A stretch of DNA of 64,000 nt, taken from the IMG/VR virus record IMGVR_UViG_3300032242_002445, positions 2,197 to 66,196 of that record; one strand, written 5' to 3'. A program made the position numbers and the translations under genes. This DNA is from a virus (lineage: Duplodnaviria; Caudoviricetes). The notes below the pieces were generated by a model. That model was given only the letters and a program-made list of their open reading frames with translations. It had not been told where the DNA came from and ran no database searches. This document shows, piece by piece, positions 37,907 to 46,910 of the stretch (the first letter of the stretch is position 1; the number at the start of each line of letters is the position of its first letter).

Positions 37907-38044
37907 TTACTCCCCTTTGATGAGGTGATCCATTGTCCAGTCAGGCTTGATCATCCCCGTGAGGAGGATGATCAGTACCATGACGATGAGGATTATACGA
38001 ACCAAGATCCCGTAGATCAGGCTGCCGAAGAACCGACGGATCAT
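37907..38044 (-). CDS. Small membrane protein (45 aa)
   Basis: Read manually: MIRRFFGSLIYGILVRIILIVMVLIILLTGMIKPDWTMDHLIKGE; ATGA overlap with the upstream gene. Confidence 0.55.
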   Translation of the reverse strand: MIRRFFGSLIYGILVRIILIVMVLIILLTGMIKPDWTMDHLIKGE

Positions 38045-39018
38045 GCTGCGTCCGCGAACTCAATCGCGGTCTCCAGTGCCTTGATCTTGAGGTTCTTGCC
38101 GCCGCCGTACCAAGCGGACGTCAGGCGTGTGTCGGCAGAGCGACCCATGAGGTGGTCGGTCATGTAGGTAACCGCGTTGAACGGCTGCCACCACGTACCC
38201 TCGCCGAGCTCCGCACCCGGCTGTGAGTCCATGACGGTGAGCGCGAGCTTGGCATTGCGAGAGAAGTCGTTCGAGTTCTCGTCGGTGTTGCCCATGACCT
38301 TCTGCGAGCCAGTCGGGAAGATCTTCTTGAAGTACGAGTTCAGCGAGTTGCTGTCGAAGCGCTTGGTAGTGAGGTACTCGGACATCTCCTTGTACTTCAG
38401 GATCTTCTCGTGCGCGATGCCGAGCATCACCTTGACCTGATCCGGATCAAACTTCTTGCGATGCGTGATCTTGACCATGTTCTGTACACGCTGGTTGAGC
38501 GACACGGCCAGGGTGTTGCGGCAGACCACACGTGTAGGCGTTAGGCGAACGTCGTTTGCCGAGCCGAAGCGATGGAAGTTGGTAAAGAGGAGGTAGGACT
38601 CGATCACGTCCTTACCCTTGAAGAGGTCGAAGCCGTCCTTGACCTTGGCGAGACCCCAGACGATCTTGCCTTCGTGGAGCGACCCTGCGGTCTCCATGGC
38701 CATGTCGCCGGCCATCACGAAGTCGTTGAAGAACTCGAAGGCCGCTTCGTTCTGGATAGGGTGCCAGTCGTCGGGAACGACGTCGAGCATCTTGTCGTCC
38801 GAGCTGCGGACGAGGGCGGACTGACCGATCGCGATCTTCTGACCGGCGATCTCGGCATATGCGGGAACCTTGGAAACTGTCCAGTCAAGACCGGCTGCCT
38901 CGAGCATCTGAGCAGGAGTCAGGTCGGCAGGTACGTTTGTACCCAAGCCGTGCCAAGGAACGTCGCCGGCGTAAGCCATCTGAGCCTTGCCGTTGATGAT
39001 CTCAATTTCGTGTGCCAT
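38041..39018 (-). CDS. DUF932 / TIGR03299 phage-plasmid protein
   Basis: MAHE...PWHGLG...AGLDW.V; QN..AF.F; ETAGSL..G; TP.RVVC.NTL; GTWW..FNAVT...DH. Confidence 0.88.
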   Translation of the reverse strand: MAHEIEIINGKAQMAYAGDVPWHGLGTNVPADLTPAQMLEAAGLDWTVSKVPAYAEIAGQKIAIGQSALVRSSDDKMLDVVPDDWHPIQNEAAFEFFNDFVMAGDMAMETAGSLHEGKIVWGLAKVKDGFDLFKGKDVIESYLLFTNFHRFGSANDVRLTPTRVVCRNTLAVSLNQRVQNMVKITHRKKFDPDQVKVMLGIAHEKILKYKEMSEYLTTKRFDSNSLNSYFKKIFPTGSQKVMGNTDENSNDFSRNAKLALTVMDSQPGAELGEGTWWQPFNAVTYMTDHLMGRSADTRLTSAWYGGGKNLKIKALETAIEFADAA

Positions 39019-39100
39019 GATATAGAATCCTCAGTTTGGATGATTAACTCAACTTACATTATTATATTATCACATTATGATTATTTGTCAACCGCCGATC

Positions 39101-39559
39101 TCAACTTTTTTCACGACGTTTCAGGGCGAACCACTCGGAGGCCAGCTCGTTCTGGAGCTGGAACGCATCCGCCTCCCAAGGGCGCTGCCTGTAGGGAGTG
39201 CTGGGGTCGATGGGTCGACCACACCAGTGGGAGTCCTTGTGGACGTAGTCCTTGAGCTCCTCGTAGACCCACTGCTTTACGTGGGCCATCTCATGGGCCA
39301 AGGTCCTGATCGCCGTGATCCTAGAAAGATCCGCGTCCATCTCGATCTCAAAGTACCTAGGACGCAGGTTGTTGTCGATCCAGTCACACCATCCATAGAC
39401 CTTATCCTCCTTGAGGAGGTCCTTGGTGAGTACCAGATCGATGTGGATGTTCTTGTTTACTTTTTCAGATAAAAGACGGGAGGCGAAGAAGTCGGCTGCC
39501 GCCCGCATCTCCTTCCTAAGTGCCTTATCGGCCATAGATCCTGTAATCTTGAGCCGCAT
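39101..39559 (-). CDS. Putative HExxH metallopeptidase
   Basis: TLAHEMAHVKQW...EL; Y...PWE.DA. Confidence 0.75.
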   Translation of the reverse strand: MRLKITGSMADKALRKEMRAAADFFASRLLSEKVNKNIHIDLVLTKDLLKEDKVYGWCDWIDNNLRPRYFEIEMDADLSRITAIRTLAHEMAHVKQWVYEELKDYVHKDSHWCGRPIDPSTPYRQRPWEADAFQLQNELASEWFALKRREKS

Positions 39560-39588
39560 GGGAGAACCCCTATTTCTATCATGAGTAG

Positions 39589-39617
39589 ATTATATCATCA
39601 TGATGAATAATTGTCAA
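39589..39617 (-). promoter_or_regulatory. Consensus sigma70/early promoter
   Basis: TTGACA-17 nt-TATAAT; a similar element lies at about 39061-39091. Confidence 0.75.
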
Positions 39618-39637
39618 CCCCTATATTTCCCAAGTAT

Positions 39638-39847
39638 TTAGGGTTTCTCCGCCAGCTCGATCTCGGTCTTAAACCACGCCATCTCCTGCTTTGCCTGGAG
39701 TCTCTCGGACTTAAGCTTCCTGAGTTCCAGGCTGTCCATGAGGCTTGTGTTGGCGGTGTCAACCTTCTCGTTGATGATCCTGTGCTTCTCCTCGAGGGCC
39801 TCGAGATGGCGCTTCATGGCCCTGATCTTAGCTTCCTGTGCTGTCAA
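39638..39847 (-). CDS. DUF465/YdcH-like coiled-coil protein
   Basis: HL..LE.KH..I...LRKLK..RL..K.E. Confidence 0.55.
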   Translation of the reverse strand: MTAQEAKIRAMKRHLEALEEKHRIINEKVDTANTSLMDSLELRKLKSERLQAKQEMAWFKTEIELAEKP

Positions 39848-40514
39848 TGAAGATCTCCTTTACTGCCTCGATGTAGGCCGACTTGTCCTTCTTAAAGACG
39901 ATGGCCTGAGGTGAGTCGTCAGATAACATTATGATGACAATCTGAGGGACCGCGATCGCGAAGACCTCCTCGACCATCATGGCATAGCACGTGGCCTGTA
40001 CGAAGTAGCTCTGGATCATGTCCTCGGTCTTATTGGTCTTCGACGTCTTAAAGTCGACGATGGACGTGACTCCGTCGTACTCGGCGATGAGGTCGGTAGC
40101 GCCTGCGGTCTTCAACGTGTCTGAGTAGAGGAAGTGCTCGATCCCGAAGATCGTTCCGATGTGCTCGTCAAGTATGTTCTTAGCAGTGTTGAACGTCGAG
40201 ACGTTCGCAGGCATCGCGCCGACGTGCCAGAACATGTCGTTGAGCAGGTACTTCTCGGCGAGGTCGTGAACTGCAGTTCCTCGCCGAGCAGCGAGCATGG
40301 AGACCTTCTCAGCCTCGGCCTCACCGACGCGCTTCCTCCACGCGTCGAGGGCCTTGGTTCCCTTCTTCTCGCCGATGATCGTAGTCACCGACTTGTAGAA
40401 GTTTCCTTGTGGTGTCCTATAGTGCCTGACACCGTCTATCTCAACTCTCTCGACGTCAACTTTCGGTAAGAAGTTGTGATCGAACACTCGACCCTGAGTT
40501 CTTGTCTCGTTCAT
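39828..40514 (-). CDS. PD-(D/E)xK exonuclease (T4-like phage exonuclease)
   Basis: SVTTI; WRKRVG..EA; RGT.VH...E.YL; AG.TD.IAEYDG..SIVDFKTS; YFVQ...YA.M. Confidence 0.85.
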   Translation of the reverse strand: MNETRTQGRVFDHNFLPKVDVERVEIDGVRHYRTPQGNFYKSVTTIIGEKKGTKALDAWRKRVGEAEAEKVSMLAARRGTAVHDLAEKYLLNDMFWHVGAMPANVSTFNTAKNILDEHIGTIFGIEHFLYSDTLKTAGATDLIAEYDGVTSIVDFKTSKTNKTEDMIQSYFVQATCYAMMVEEVFAIAVPQIVIIMLSDDSPQAIVFKKDKSAYIEAVKEIFIDSTGS

Positions 40515-41256
40515 ACCTATCTTTCGCAATGATGTACTCCTTCACCATCTTAGACCTGACGATGTCCTCAATTTCAAACTCAATGAACTCAAACGCCTTC
40601 ATGGACTTGATGATCTTCAGGAAGTCCTTGAGACCGGACTTCTCGTGCTCGCGAGTAAAGTCGGTCTGCCTGAAGTCACCTGAGAAGATAACCCTGCAGT
40701 TGTCGCCGACGCGCGTGATAATGGAGTCGATCTCGTGATATGACATGTTCTGCACTTCGTCGACTATGATGATGCAGTTGTTGAGGGTGATACCTCTGAC
40801 AAACGACGTGGTGATGAACTCGATCATGTCCTTGGTCTTGAGGACCTCATATGCGTCACCGCGGCCGAACAGCTCGGTACAGATCGAGTAGTACGGAGCC
40901 TCGTAGACCTTGGTCTTTTCTTTTTGATTTCCAGGCATGAATCCCATGTCACGGGTCGGCACTGCGCTCCTGACTATGAAGATCTTATTGTATTGACCGT
41001 CGCCTGAGACGATCTCAGTAAGTGAGAGATAGATGGACAGGAAGGTCTTGCCGGTTCCTGCTATTCCATGAAGCATCAAGTTCTTACCCAGCTCGAAGGC
41101 CTCGAAGGTCCTCCTCTGGTTCTCGGTCAAAGGTTCAATACGTGATAGTTGAAAGTTGTTCTTAAACCCGACCGGCTGTTGGTTACTTAGTACGCCCTCC
41201 TGCCTTAGTACCCTTCTCTGCTTCTTCGTTAGTCGTTGTCCGGCTACTGGTGACAT
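40456..41256 (-). CDS. phoH: PhoH-like ATPase
   Basis: GIAGTGKT; RSAVPTRDMGFMPG...EK; SF.RG.T; DE.QN; GDF.Q.D; DIVRS. Confidence 0.93.
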   Translation of the reverse strand: MSPVAGQRLTKKQRRVLRQEGVLSNQQPVGFKNNFQLSRIEPLTENQRRTFEAFELGKNLMLHGIAGTGKTFLSIYLSLTEIVSGDGQYNKIFIVRSAVPTRDMGFMPGNQKEKTKVYEAPYYSICTELFGRGDAYEVLKTKDMIEFITTSFVRGITLNNCIIIVDEVQNMSYHEIDSIITRVGDNCRVIFSGDFRQTDFTREHEKSGLKDFLKIIKSMKAFEFIEFEIEDIVRSKMVKEYIIAKDRYERDKNSGSSVRSQLLTES

Positions 41257-41282
41257 CTACGCTCTTTCTGTTGAGCGACGCT

Positions 41283-41534
41283 CTAGAAGGTGTTGATGGT
41301 GGACTTTGTAAATCCACGTGAGTGCTTCTTCTTTATGTTCTTGAGAATATCCCTGAATCCGCTGTCGGGTTTCCCCGACTTGCCGACGAAGGTGTTCGTT
41401 CCGATCATAGGAGCGCCGTTTACTAGTTGTGTTATGTTGGGGTTCTCCTTGAGGAAGATCTCCAACTGTGAGATTGACATAAAATCAGTGAACTCTTCAC
41501 CACTGTCATTATTTAGGAAAAGATAGTTTGGCAT
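41283..41534 (-). CDS. FmdB-like small T4-like protein
   Basis: MPNY.F....SGE....MSI...E.FL..NP...Q; KPD.GF.D.L..IK. Confidence 0.65.
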   Translation of the reverse strand: MPNYLFLNNDSGEEFTDFMSISQLEIFLKENPNITQLVNGAPMIGTNTFVGKSGKPDSGFRDILKNIKKKHSRGFTKSTINTF

Positions 41535-41701
41535 TACCAGTTGACCTTATCTTTTACGGAGTAGGAAGATTTTTTTCCTACAGTATCGTCGATCTCACGT
41601 CGTTGTTTTTTATCACGACGAATCACCTTGGCGAATTTCTTCTTCTGACGGTTATCAGTCTCATCATGGTAGTCGTTGTTTTTTCGAAAGCTCTTGCTCA
41701 T
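41534..41701 (-). CDS. Small basic hypothetical protein
   Basis: Read manually: MSKSFRKNNDYHDETDNRQKKKFAKVIRRDKKQ...; overlaps both neighbouring genes. Confidence 0.55.
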   Translation of the reverse strand: MSKSFRKNNDYHDETDNRQKKKFAKVIRRDKKQRREIDDTVGKKSSYSVKDKVNW

Positions 41702-42114
41702 GGAATAAGTCCGGGAAAGGCCTCCTTGATTAAGGCCGGAGTTATACCCTTATAGGGGATCTTCTTGTCCTTAACGGACACAAGCAGTTCTGAGTCCTCT
41801 GCATCGAGACTTTCCATGAGCTCGATGAACAAGGTCTCCCTGCGAACCTGCTTGAGGCCAGGACTTCCGCCCTCGACAAAGAGGTAGAGCTTCCTAGCCT
41901 CGGAGTACAGTGTACCCTGAAGGTCCGGAAGGTCGTTCTTCTTGTAAGGCACGTCGCCCGGAGGTAACAGCCACTTGATACGCGGGTCAAGTGCTCCCTG
42001 GAGGATCGTCCTCAGTGCGAAGTTATCATTGCTCCTGAGAAAGTTGATCTTATCATCCTTACTCTTCAAGGCCGATGCCTTCTTTAGGATCTCGGCAACA
42101 CCAAGTTTCATCAA
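41698..42114 (-). CDS. Conserved T4-like protein downstream of RNase H
   Basis: LPPGDVPY; L..E.RKLYLF..GG..L...RRE.LFI.L.E.L; AFPGLI. Confidence 0.8.
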   Translation of the reverse strand: MMKLGVAEILKKASALKSKDDKINFLRSNDNFALRTILQGALDPRIKWLLPPGDVPYKKNDLPDLQGTLYSEARKLYLFVEGGSPGLKQVRRETLFIELMESLDAEDSELLVSVKDKKIPYKGITPALIKEAFPGLIP

Positions 42115-42188
42115 AATTCTCCGATAGTGTTAATATTAAAATTCTCTAATGTATATATACAATTAAATTTTTTAACGGAGCTGACTAA

Positions 42189-42809
42189 ATGTTTATCAAA
42201 AACAAATATACGAGATGGTATTTTCAAATAATAGAAAATGCTAGCAATTCTACTTTTGAGATATTTGAAAAACATCATATCATTCCTAAGTCTATTGGTG
42301 GATCCAATAATCTTAAAAATATTGTAAAGGTTACTCCACGTCAACATTTTATTTGTCATTGGCTTTTGACCAAAATGACCGAAGGTGATGTCAGAAAGAA
42401 AATGACATATGCGTTTTGGTCTATGTGTAGATCTAATAAAAGTCACAAAAGAACTTATTCCTCTATTCAATATGAAATAGCCAGAAAAAAATTCATACAA
42501 ATAAGAAATGGAAAAACTTTTGAAGAAATTTATGGAATTGAAAAGGCAAAAGAGATAAAAGAAAAAATATCGAAAAAAAATAAGGGTATGATTAAACCTA
42601 GATCTATTCATAATCTTAAGAGGAGAAGACTTACTACTCATTATTGGGAAGTCACGCACCCTAATGGATTTGTGGAAATAATTGAAAATATGACCGATTT
42701 TTGCAAACGTCATAATCTTAGTCCAGGAAACATTTCTCATTTCGGTCACACTAAAGGTTTTAGAGCTAAGAAACTTAAAGAAGCTAAAAATCAGAGATAC
42801 TCTCCATAA
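42189..42809 (+). CDS. Free-standing HNH homing endonuclease (AT-rich, inverted)
   Basis: NKYTRWY..II; EKHHIIPKSIGGSN...NIV.VT.RQHF.CH.LL.KM. Confidence 0.88.
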   Translation: MFIKNKYTRWYFQIIENASNSTFEIFEKHHIIPKSIGGSNNLKNIVKVTPRQHFICHWLLTKMTEGDVRKKMTYAFWSMCRSNKSHKRTYSSIQYEIARKKFIQIRNGKTFEEIYGIEKAKEIKEKISKKNKGMIKPRSIHNLKRRRLTTHYWEVTHPNGFVEIIENMTDFCKRHNLSPGNISHFGHTKGFRAKKLKEAKNQRYSP

Positions 42810-43650
42810 GCAGCTTTAGCTTATTTGCGATAAAGTAGCTGAGAAGCTTGCTTCTATCACCACTTGTTTGAGTTATATATGCTTCTCTGATGTTCTTCTC
42901 GATGGTATCTGGGATCTTGGTCATGTCGATCAAGGACCGATTCCGGATGTAGTTGCGGAAGTTAGGGTGATCGATCTTGCCATCGAGATTGAGCTCGATG
43001 AGCTCGTCGAGCTTCTTCTGCGTCATAGGCTTCTGACGGATGCTCTCGACAAAGCACGAGTCCTGAGACAGGACGTTCGGGATACCGTCGCCGGCGTCGC
43101 CCTTGAGAACGTGCTCGAGGAGGTAGCGCTCGGGGTTGGCGTGCTTGATGAACTTCTTGCGAACCGGATCGAACTGACTCACGTGAGGGAACCGCTGGAG
43201 CTGGATGAAGTCCTTGTCGCCCGAGAGGATCAACACCTTCGAGTCCTCGCCGACTGTAGCCTCGGACGTCATCTTAACGAGTGTCGCGATGATGTCGTCT
43301 GCCTCTGCTGACTCGATGTCGATGACCTTGTAGGGAAAGAACTCCTTGAGCTCCGCGCGGATCTTATTAAGGCACTCGAAGATCGCGTTCCAGTCGAGCT
43401 CGGACTTCTCCTTGCTCTTCTTGCGGTTTGCCTTGTAGAACGGGAAGAGAGCCTTGCGCCAGTAGTTCTTATTATCACACGCGATGACGAGCTCGCCGTA
43501 CTCGGCACGGAACTTAACAAGATAGGACCTGATCGAGTTGAGGACCATGTGTCTTACCATGTTCTCCTCGATCTTTGCGTTGGTATGGTTGCCGATCTGA
43601 ACCATGAGGTTAGACAGCATCACTTGGGATAGGTCAAGAATTATCATCAT
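42784..43650 (-). CDS. rnh: T4-type RNase H / 5'-3' exonuclease
   Basis: YWRK..FPFYKANRKK; EADDIIA; ILSGDKDFIQLQ; GDAGDGIPN. Confidence 0.93.
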   Translation of the reverse strand: MMIILDLSQVMLSNLMVQIGNHTNAKIEENMVRHMVLNSIRSYLVKFRAEYGELVIACDNKNYWRKALFPFYKANRKKSKEKSELDWNAIFECLNKIRAELKEFFPYKVIDIESAEADDIIATLVKMTSEATVGEDSKVLILSGDKDFIQLQRFPHVSQFDPVRKKFIKHANPERYLLEHVLKGDAGDGIPNVLSQDSCFVESIRQKPMTQKKLDELIELNLDGKIDHPNFRNYIRNRSLIDMTKIPDTIEKNIREAYITQTSGDRSKLLSYFIANKLKLLMESISDF

Positions 43651-44041
43651 CTATACTTTCATCAACTTCAGCTTCTTCTATCTCAAAACGACTCTTGAAC
43701 TTTATATTGAGCTCCTCGGCGATCCTCAGTGATCCGTCCTCCTGACCGATGAAGACCTCATCGGCGATTTCCTGAAACGGATGTTCGATCCCGTAGCTGC
43801 GAAGCAGCATCGACCTGATGGACTCCACGACGAAGGCGCCGAACTTTAGATCATCGGAGTCTTCCGAGAAGTCAAATCCGGCAATGCCGAGCTGCTCGAA
43901 CAACATAGGAGCGATCGTGTTCAGCGTCTCACCGACGTGAACCAGACGTATAAGCTCCATATTGTTCGAGATCTGCTCGACTGTCTGAGGAGGGGTCATC
44001 TTGGATACCTTAGGGAAAACTATGACGTTGTTTGAGCTCAT
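43634..44041 (-). CDS. Hypothetical protein
   Basis: NNVIVFP N-terminus; ES.RS.L....I.HP.Q motif; TTGACA-17-TATAAA promoter at 44055-44083. Confidence 0.65.
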   Translation of the reverse strand: MSSNNVIVFPKVSKMTPPQTVEQISNNMELIRLVHVGETLNTIAPMLFEQLGIAGFDFSEDSDDLKFGAFVVESIRSMLLRSYGIEHPFQEIADEVFIGQEDGSLRIAEELNIKFKSRFEIEEAEVDESIDDDNS

Positions 44042-44079
44042 TACTGTTATTCCCTTTATACCACGGGATCGATTTGTTG

Positions 44080-45054
44080 TCAACCGATCTTATACGAGAA
44101 CATCTTCTTTGGAAATTCTCGTGGTTCGTTGAGTAGGCTGTGGATCAGAGCGGCCCACTGGTTTGCCCGCTGATCCCAGTTATAGAAGGCGTCGGTGTAG
44201 CCCTTCTGACCGATGAGTCGGGTAGTCATCGCCTCGCTCTCCACATCACCGATGACGGCGTCGAGGATGGTGTAGAACATCTTGGCGTGCTCGTTCTTAT
44301 CCTCGTTCCACTGGTACATAAACGACCAGTTTGCAGCGGTCTCGTAGAGGGCGCCGAGGTTAGGGTGAACACAGACGAGCCCGGCGGACAGGGCCTCGAT
44401 CAAGCACAGGCACGATGTCTCGACCCAAGTCGACGGATAGGCGAAGACGTGTGCTTGGGTAAGTGCCTGACGAACTGCGTCGTTTGGCTGGCTGCCGTGG
44501 TAGTTGATCTTCGGATGCTGCTTAAGTGCCTCGAAGAGGTCCTTGAACTCCGCATCACGATTCTCCCACCCGTAGAGCTTGAAGGACGAGTAGACATCGA
44601 GCTCGATGTTGTCGTACTTCTCGCAGAGCTTGTCGAAGACAGCGTAGAGGATGTCGAGACCGCGGTGAGGAGTCGAGGTGTAGATCAACCTGATCTTACC
44701 GTCGTCCTTCCTCGGCGCGATGTTGATCGGCTCGATCGTGTTCTGGAGTACCACACACTTCGACCACGGGATGTTGTAGTGGTTGATGTAGGCCTGCATC
44801 TGCCAGTTAGAGACGAAGACGATCTTGTGGAACCTGTTCCAGCCGCCGTCCTTGAGGTGTGCGGACTCCGGATCACCAGGAAGGTCGTGACACCAGAGGA
44901 TCCGGATCTTGCTCTCGTCGAGTTCCCGAACTCGGGACGCGATGATCTGAACCTCATCGAGGAGCTCCTTAGGAAGGCGATCACGGAGTCCATACTTCAT
45001 GAGCTCCGTTCCGCCCATGGCATTTGTAGTGAGTTCGTCAGTAGCGATCGGCAT
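44080..45054 (-). CDS. Glycosyltransferase (GT-B, GT4-like)
   Basis: MGGTE; FVS.WQ; IYTSTPHRGL; FAYPS.W.ETSC....EA..AG; GAL.ET. Confidence 0.88.
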   Translation of the reverse strand: MPIATDELTTNAMGGTELMKYGLRDRLPKELLDEVQIIASRVRELDESKIRILWCHDLPGDPESAHLKDGGWNRFHKIVFVSNWQMQAYINHYNIPWSKCVVLQNTIEPINIAPRKDDGKIRLIYTSTPHRGLDILYAVFDKLCEKYDNIELDVYSSFKLYGWENRDAEFKDLFEALKQHPKINYHGSQPNDAVRQALTQAHVFAYPSTWVETSCLCLIEALSAGLVCVHPNLGALYETAANWSFMYQWNEDKNEHAKMFYTILDAVIGDVESEAMTTRLIGQKGYTDAFYNWDQRANQWAALIHSLLNEPREFPKKMFSYKIG

Positions 45055-45057
45055 AAT

Positions 45058-45435
45058 TTAGGCCTTCCGGTTAAGCGTAGCCGCCTTGTAGTCAGTTACC
45101 TTGAAGTACTTGATGACTGTGTCGACGACGACCTGCGGGTCGAAGGTCTTGCACGAGAAGACGTCGAGGTACATCGTGTTGTTCTCCTCGACGAAGTGGG
45201 CGCAGATGTTCGAGGTCTCGATGAGCTGGACAAGCGTGTAGCCGGCCTTGTTGCCGGATCCAAAGTTGACGACCTGAGGCTCGCCGTAGGCGACCATGTC
45301 GATGTTCTTCACGAGTTCCTTAGCGAAGTTCGAGATGTTCTCGGCGCTTCGGATAGATTCCGGATCGGCACCGGACGAGTCGAGGATGAGGTGGTAACCC
45401 CAGAAGTCATTGGCAGCAGTCAGTTCTTCAGTCAT
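45058..45435 (-). CDS. speD: S-adenosylmethionine decarboxylase proenzyme
   Basis: WGYHLILD; IDM..YGEP; QLIETSNI..HF; YLDVFSCK.FD. Confidence 0.85.
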   Translation of the reverse strand: MTEELTAANDFWGYHLILDSSGADPESIRSAENISNFAKELVKNIDMVAYGEPQVVNFGSGNKAGYTLVQLIETSNICAHFVEENNTMYLDVFSCKTFDPQVVVDTVIKYFKVTDYKAATLNRKA

Positions 45436-45619
45436 CTTTCTTTCCTGTATGTTCATGAGGTATGAATGTCGCGAGGTCCTTACCATCGCGGGTTATGACT
45501 ACCTTCTTCCTATCTCTCTCGACCATCATAAGGTAGCGGTAGTAGTCGCGCTCGAGCTCGGTTATGCTCACGCGAATCGCGTTCGAGTCATCTTCAGTAG
45601 GTGTCGAGGACTTGGACAT
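45428..45619 (-). CDS. Phd/YefM antitoxin-like protein
   Basis: VSITEL......YL..V......VVITRDGK..A..IP.E matches the Phd DNA-binding fold pattern. Confidence 0.6.
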   Translation of the reverse strand: MSKSSTPTEDDSNAIRVSITELERDYYRYLMMVERDRKKVVITRDGKDLATFIPHEHTGKKDD

Positions 45620-45863
45620 ATGTGATGTTGTCTAATTTGAACGAGCGCCATCCGCCCTTCTGTGTATCCCAGACTGCTAGTACGTCGAGGTTGGTCTTAT
45701 GAAATTCAACCTCCTCCTTGATGTCATGATTAGGAGGAAGAAGCTGCGGCATCAGAGTACACCGCATCACGCGGTTCTCACCGTTTACCTTAGTGAAGTG
45801 AACCTCCACGACCCCGCGCTTCAGGTCCTCGAGTAGCATCGTCCTGTCGATCAAAGAACTCAT
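45594..45863 (-). CDS. WYL_2/Sm-like domain protein
   Basis: V.FTKVNGE.R.MRCTL; VWD....GWRSF. Confidence 0.75.
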   Translation of the reverse strand: MSSLIDRTMLLEDLKRGVVEVHFTKVNGENRVMRCTLMPQLLPPNHDIKEEVEFHKTNLDVLAVWDTQKGGWRSFKLDNITYVQVLDTY

Positions 45864-46120
45864 AGTGTAATAGCCTCGTTGAGTAGTTGCTTGCCGTCGT
45901 TGTTCCCAAGGTGTTCCTTGAGCTCGCTGTAGCCTCCGATGCGGTACCCGTCGACGACGATGACGGGAAACGTCTTCGCCTCAGGAAACTTCTCGAGCAG
46001 GTGCTCGCGGGTAAAGTTCACGTCGAGCTTGTGCTCGAGGAAGTCAATCTTCTTCTGCTCCAGCAGCTGCGCCGCCATCCTGCAGTACTGACAACCTTCC
46101 CGACTGTAAATCTCTATCAT
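45860..46120 (-). CDS. Glutaredoxin
   Basis: CQYC; KTFP.I..DG..IGGY. Confidence 0.92.
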   Translation of the reverse strand: MIEIYSREGCQYCRMAAQLLEQKKIDFLEHKLDVNFTREHLLEKFPEAKTFPVIVVDGYRIGGYSELKEHLGNNDGKQLLNEAITL

Positions 46121-46244
46121 CTTCGTCTAGCCTCTCGTTCCAGTAAATCTCAGCGCTGTAGGCGCTGTGTGGATTAAATCCATTATCTAACATATCACGT
46201 GATACTAAGATCTCAAGCTCGCTCCTAAGGTCTACCAGCATCAC
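46044..46244 (-). CDS. Hypothetical protein
   Basis: Short ORF coupled to the upstream gene by an ATGA overlap. Confidence 0.45.
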   Translation of the reverse strand: MMLVDLRSELEILVSRDMLDNGFNPHSAYSAEIYWNERLDEDDRDLQSGRLSVLQDGGAAAGAEED

Positions 46245-46450
46245 GGAACCTCTATCCTATCTATCCTGTGAGTTAGGAAGTCGATGTGTATCGATACTTT
46301 GGAGGTACTCTCGTTGAAGTACTCGATGACTGAATCGTACTTGATGTCCACCTCGTACCCGCTGTTCTGACACAATGACAGGATCTGATCGTGGACGGTA
46401 GTGATCGGCTCGCCGACGTACTCATCAAGTTTCTTCCGCAGCTCTAGCAT
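46241..46450 (-). CDS. Hypothetical protein, possibly leaderless
   Basis: 69-aa ORF immediately after TTGACA-17-TATAAT (46451-46479). Confidence 0.5.
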   Translation of the reverse strand: MLELRKKLDEYVGEPITTVHDQILSLCQNSGYEVDIKYDSVIEYFNESTSKVSIHIDFLTHRIDRIEVP

Positions 46451-46456
46451 ATTATA

Positions 46457-46888
46457 TCACACCTTCTTATTGTTGTCAACCTTGCCGAGATGGGACTTGT
46501 GAACCTTGACCGAGATCCACGTGTTGTAGTAGAGGTCGCTCTCGAGAACACGGTGCTCGAACTGGTACTTGGCTTCCCAGTAGTTGCACTCGCCCTTGGT
46601 CTTGCAGAGCCTGAGCACGACGCGCCTGAGCTTGTCTGTACCGTTGATCTCTGAGTCCTCGATGAGCTCCTTGTTAGAGCCGTAGTAGGTTTTCCAGTCG
46701 GAGTCGATCTTTCTCCTGACCCTTCGTCCCTTGACCTTCTTAGATCGAGTGAACTTGAAGAGCTTCTTACCGATGTACATCCTGTCGTTCGTCAAGTTGG
46801 TTATTATGTAGACGAAGCCGACGTACTTCTCGGCAAGTTCATCATCGAGGACAGCCCCGTGAAACAGCCATGGATTTTCATAAGACAT
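46457..46888 (-). CDS. GIY-YIG nuclease (resident T4-like family)
   Basis: GFVYIITN....MYIGKK; SDW.TYYGS; YYN.WI. Confidence 0.85.
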   Translation of the reverse strand: MSYENPWLFHGAVLDDELAEKYVGFVYIITNLTNDRMYIGKKLFKFTRSKKVKGRRVRRKIDSDWKTYYGSNKELIEDSEINGTDKLRRVVLRLCKTKGECNYWEAKYQFEHRVLESDLYYNTWISVKVHKSHLGKVDNNKKV

Positions 46889-46910
46889 AGTGGGTCCTCC
46901 CCACTATATA

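Noticed and set aside
39828-40514. Cas4 call for the exonuclease
   Set aside because: Lacks the Fe-S cysteine cluster and any cas context; typical T4-like exonuclease next to phoH
42111-42749. 212-aa minus-strand ORF
   Set aside because: Antisense to the HNH endonuclease with Phe/Ile-biased shadow composition; only its last codons are informative
44140-45465. 441-aa plus-strand ORF, and similar antisense ORFs at 10087-10827, 27668-28291, 38572-39255 and 50542-51114
   Set aside because: Shadow frames opposite clear genes, caused by C/G third-position bias; no recognisable motifs
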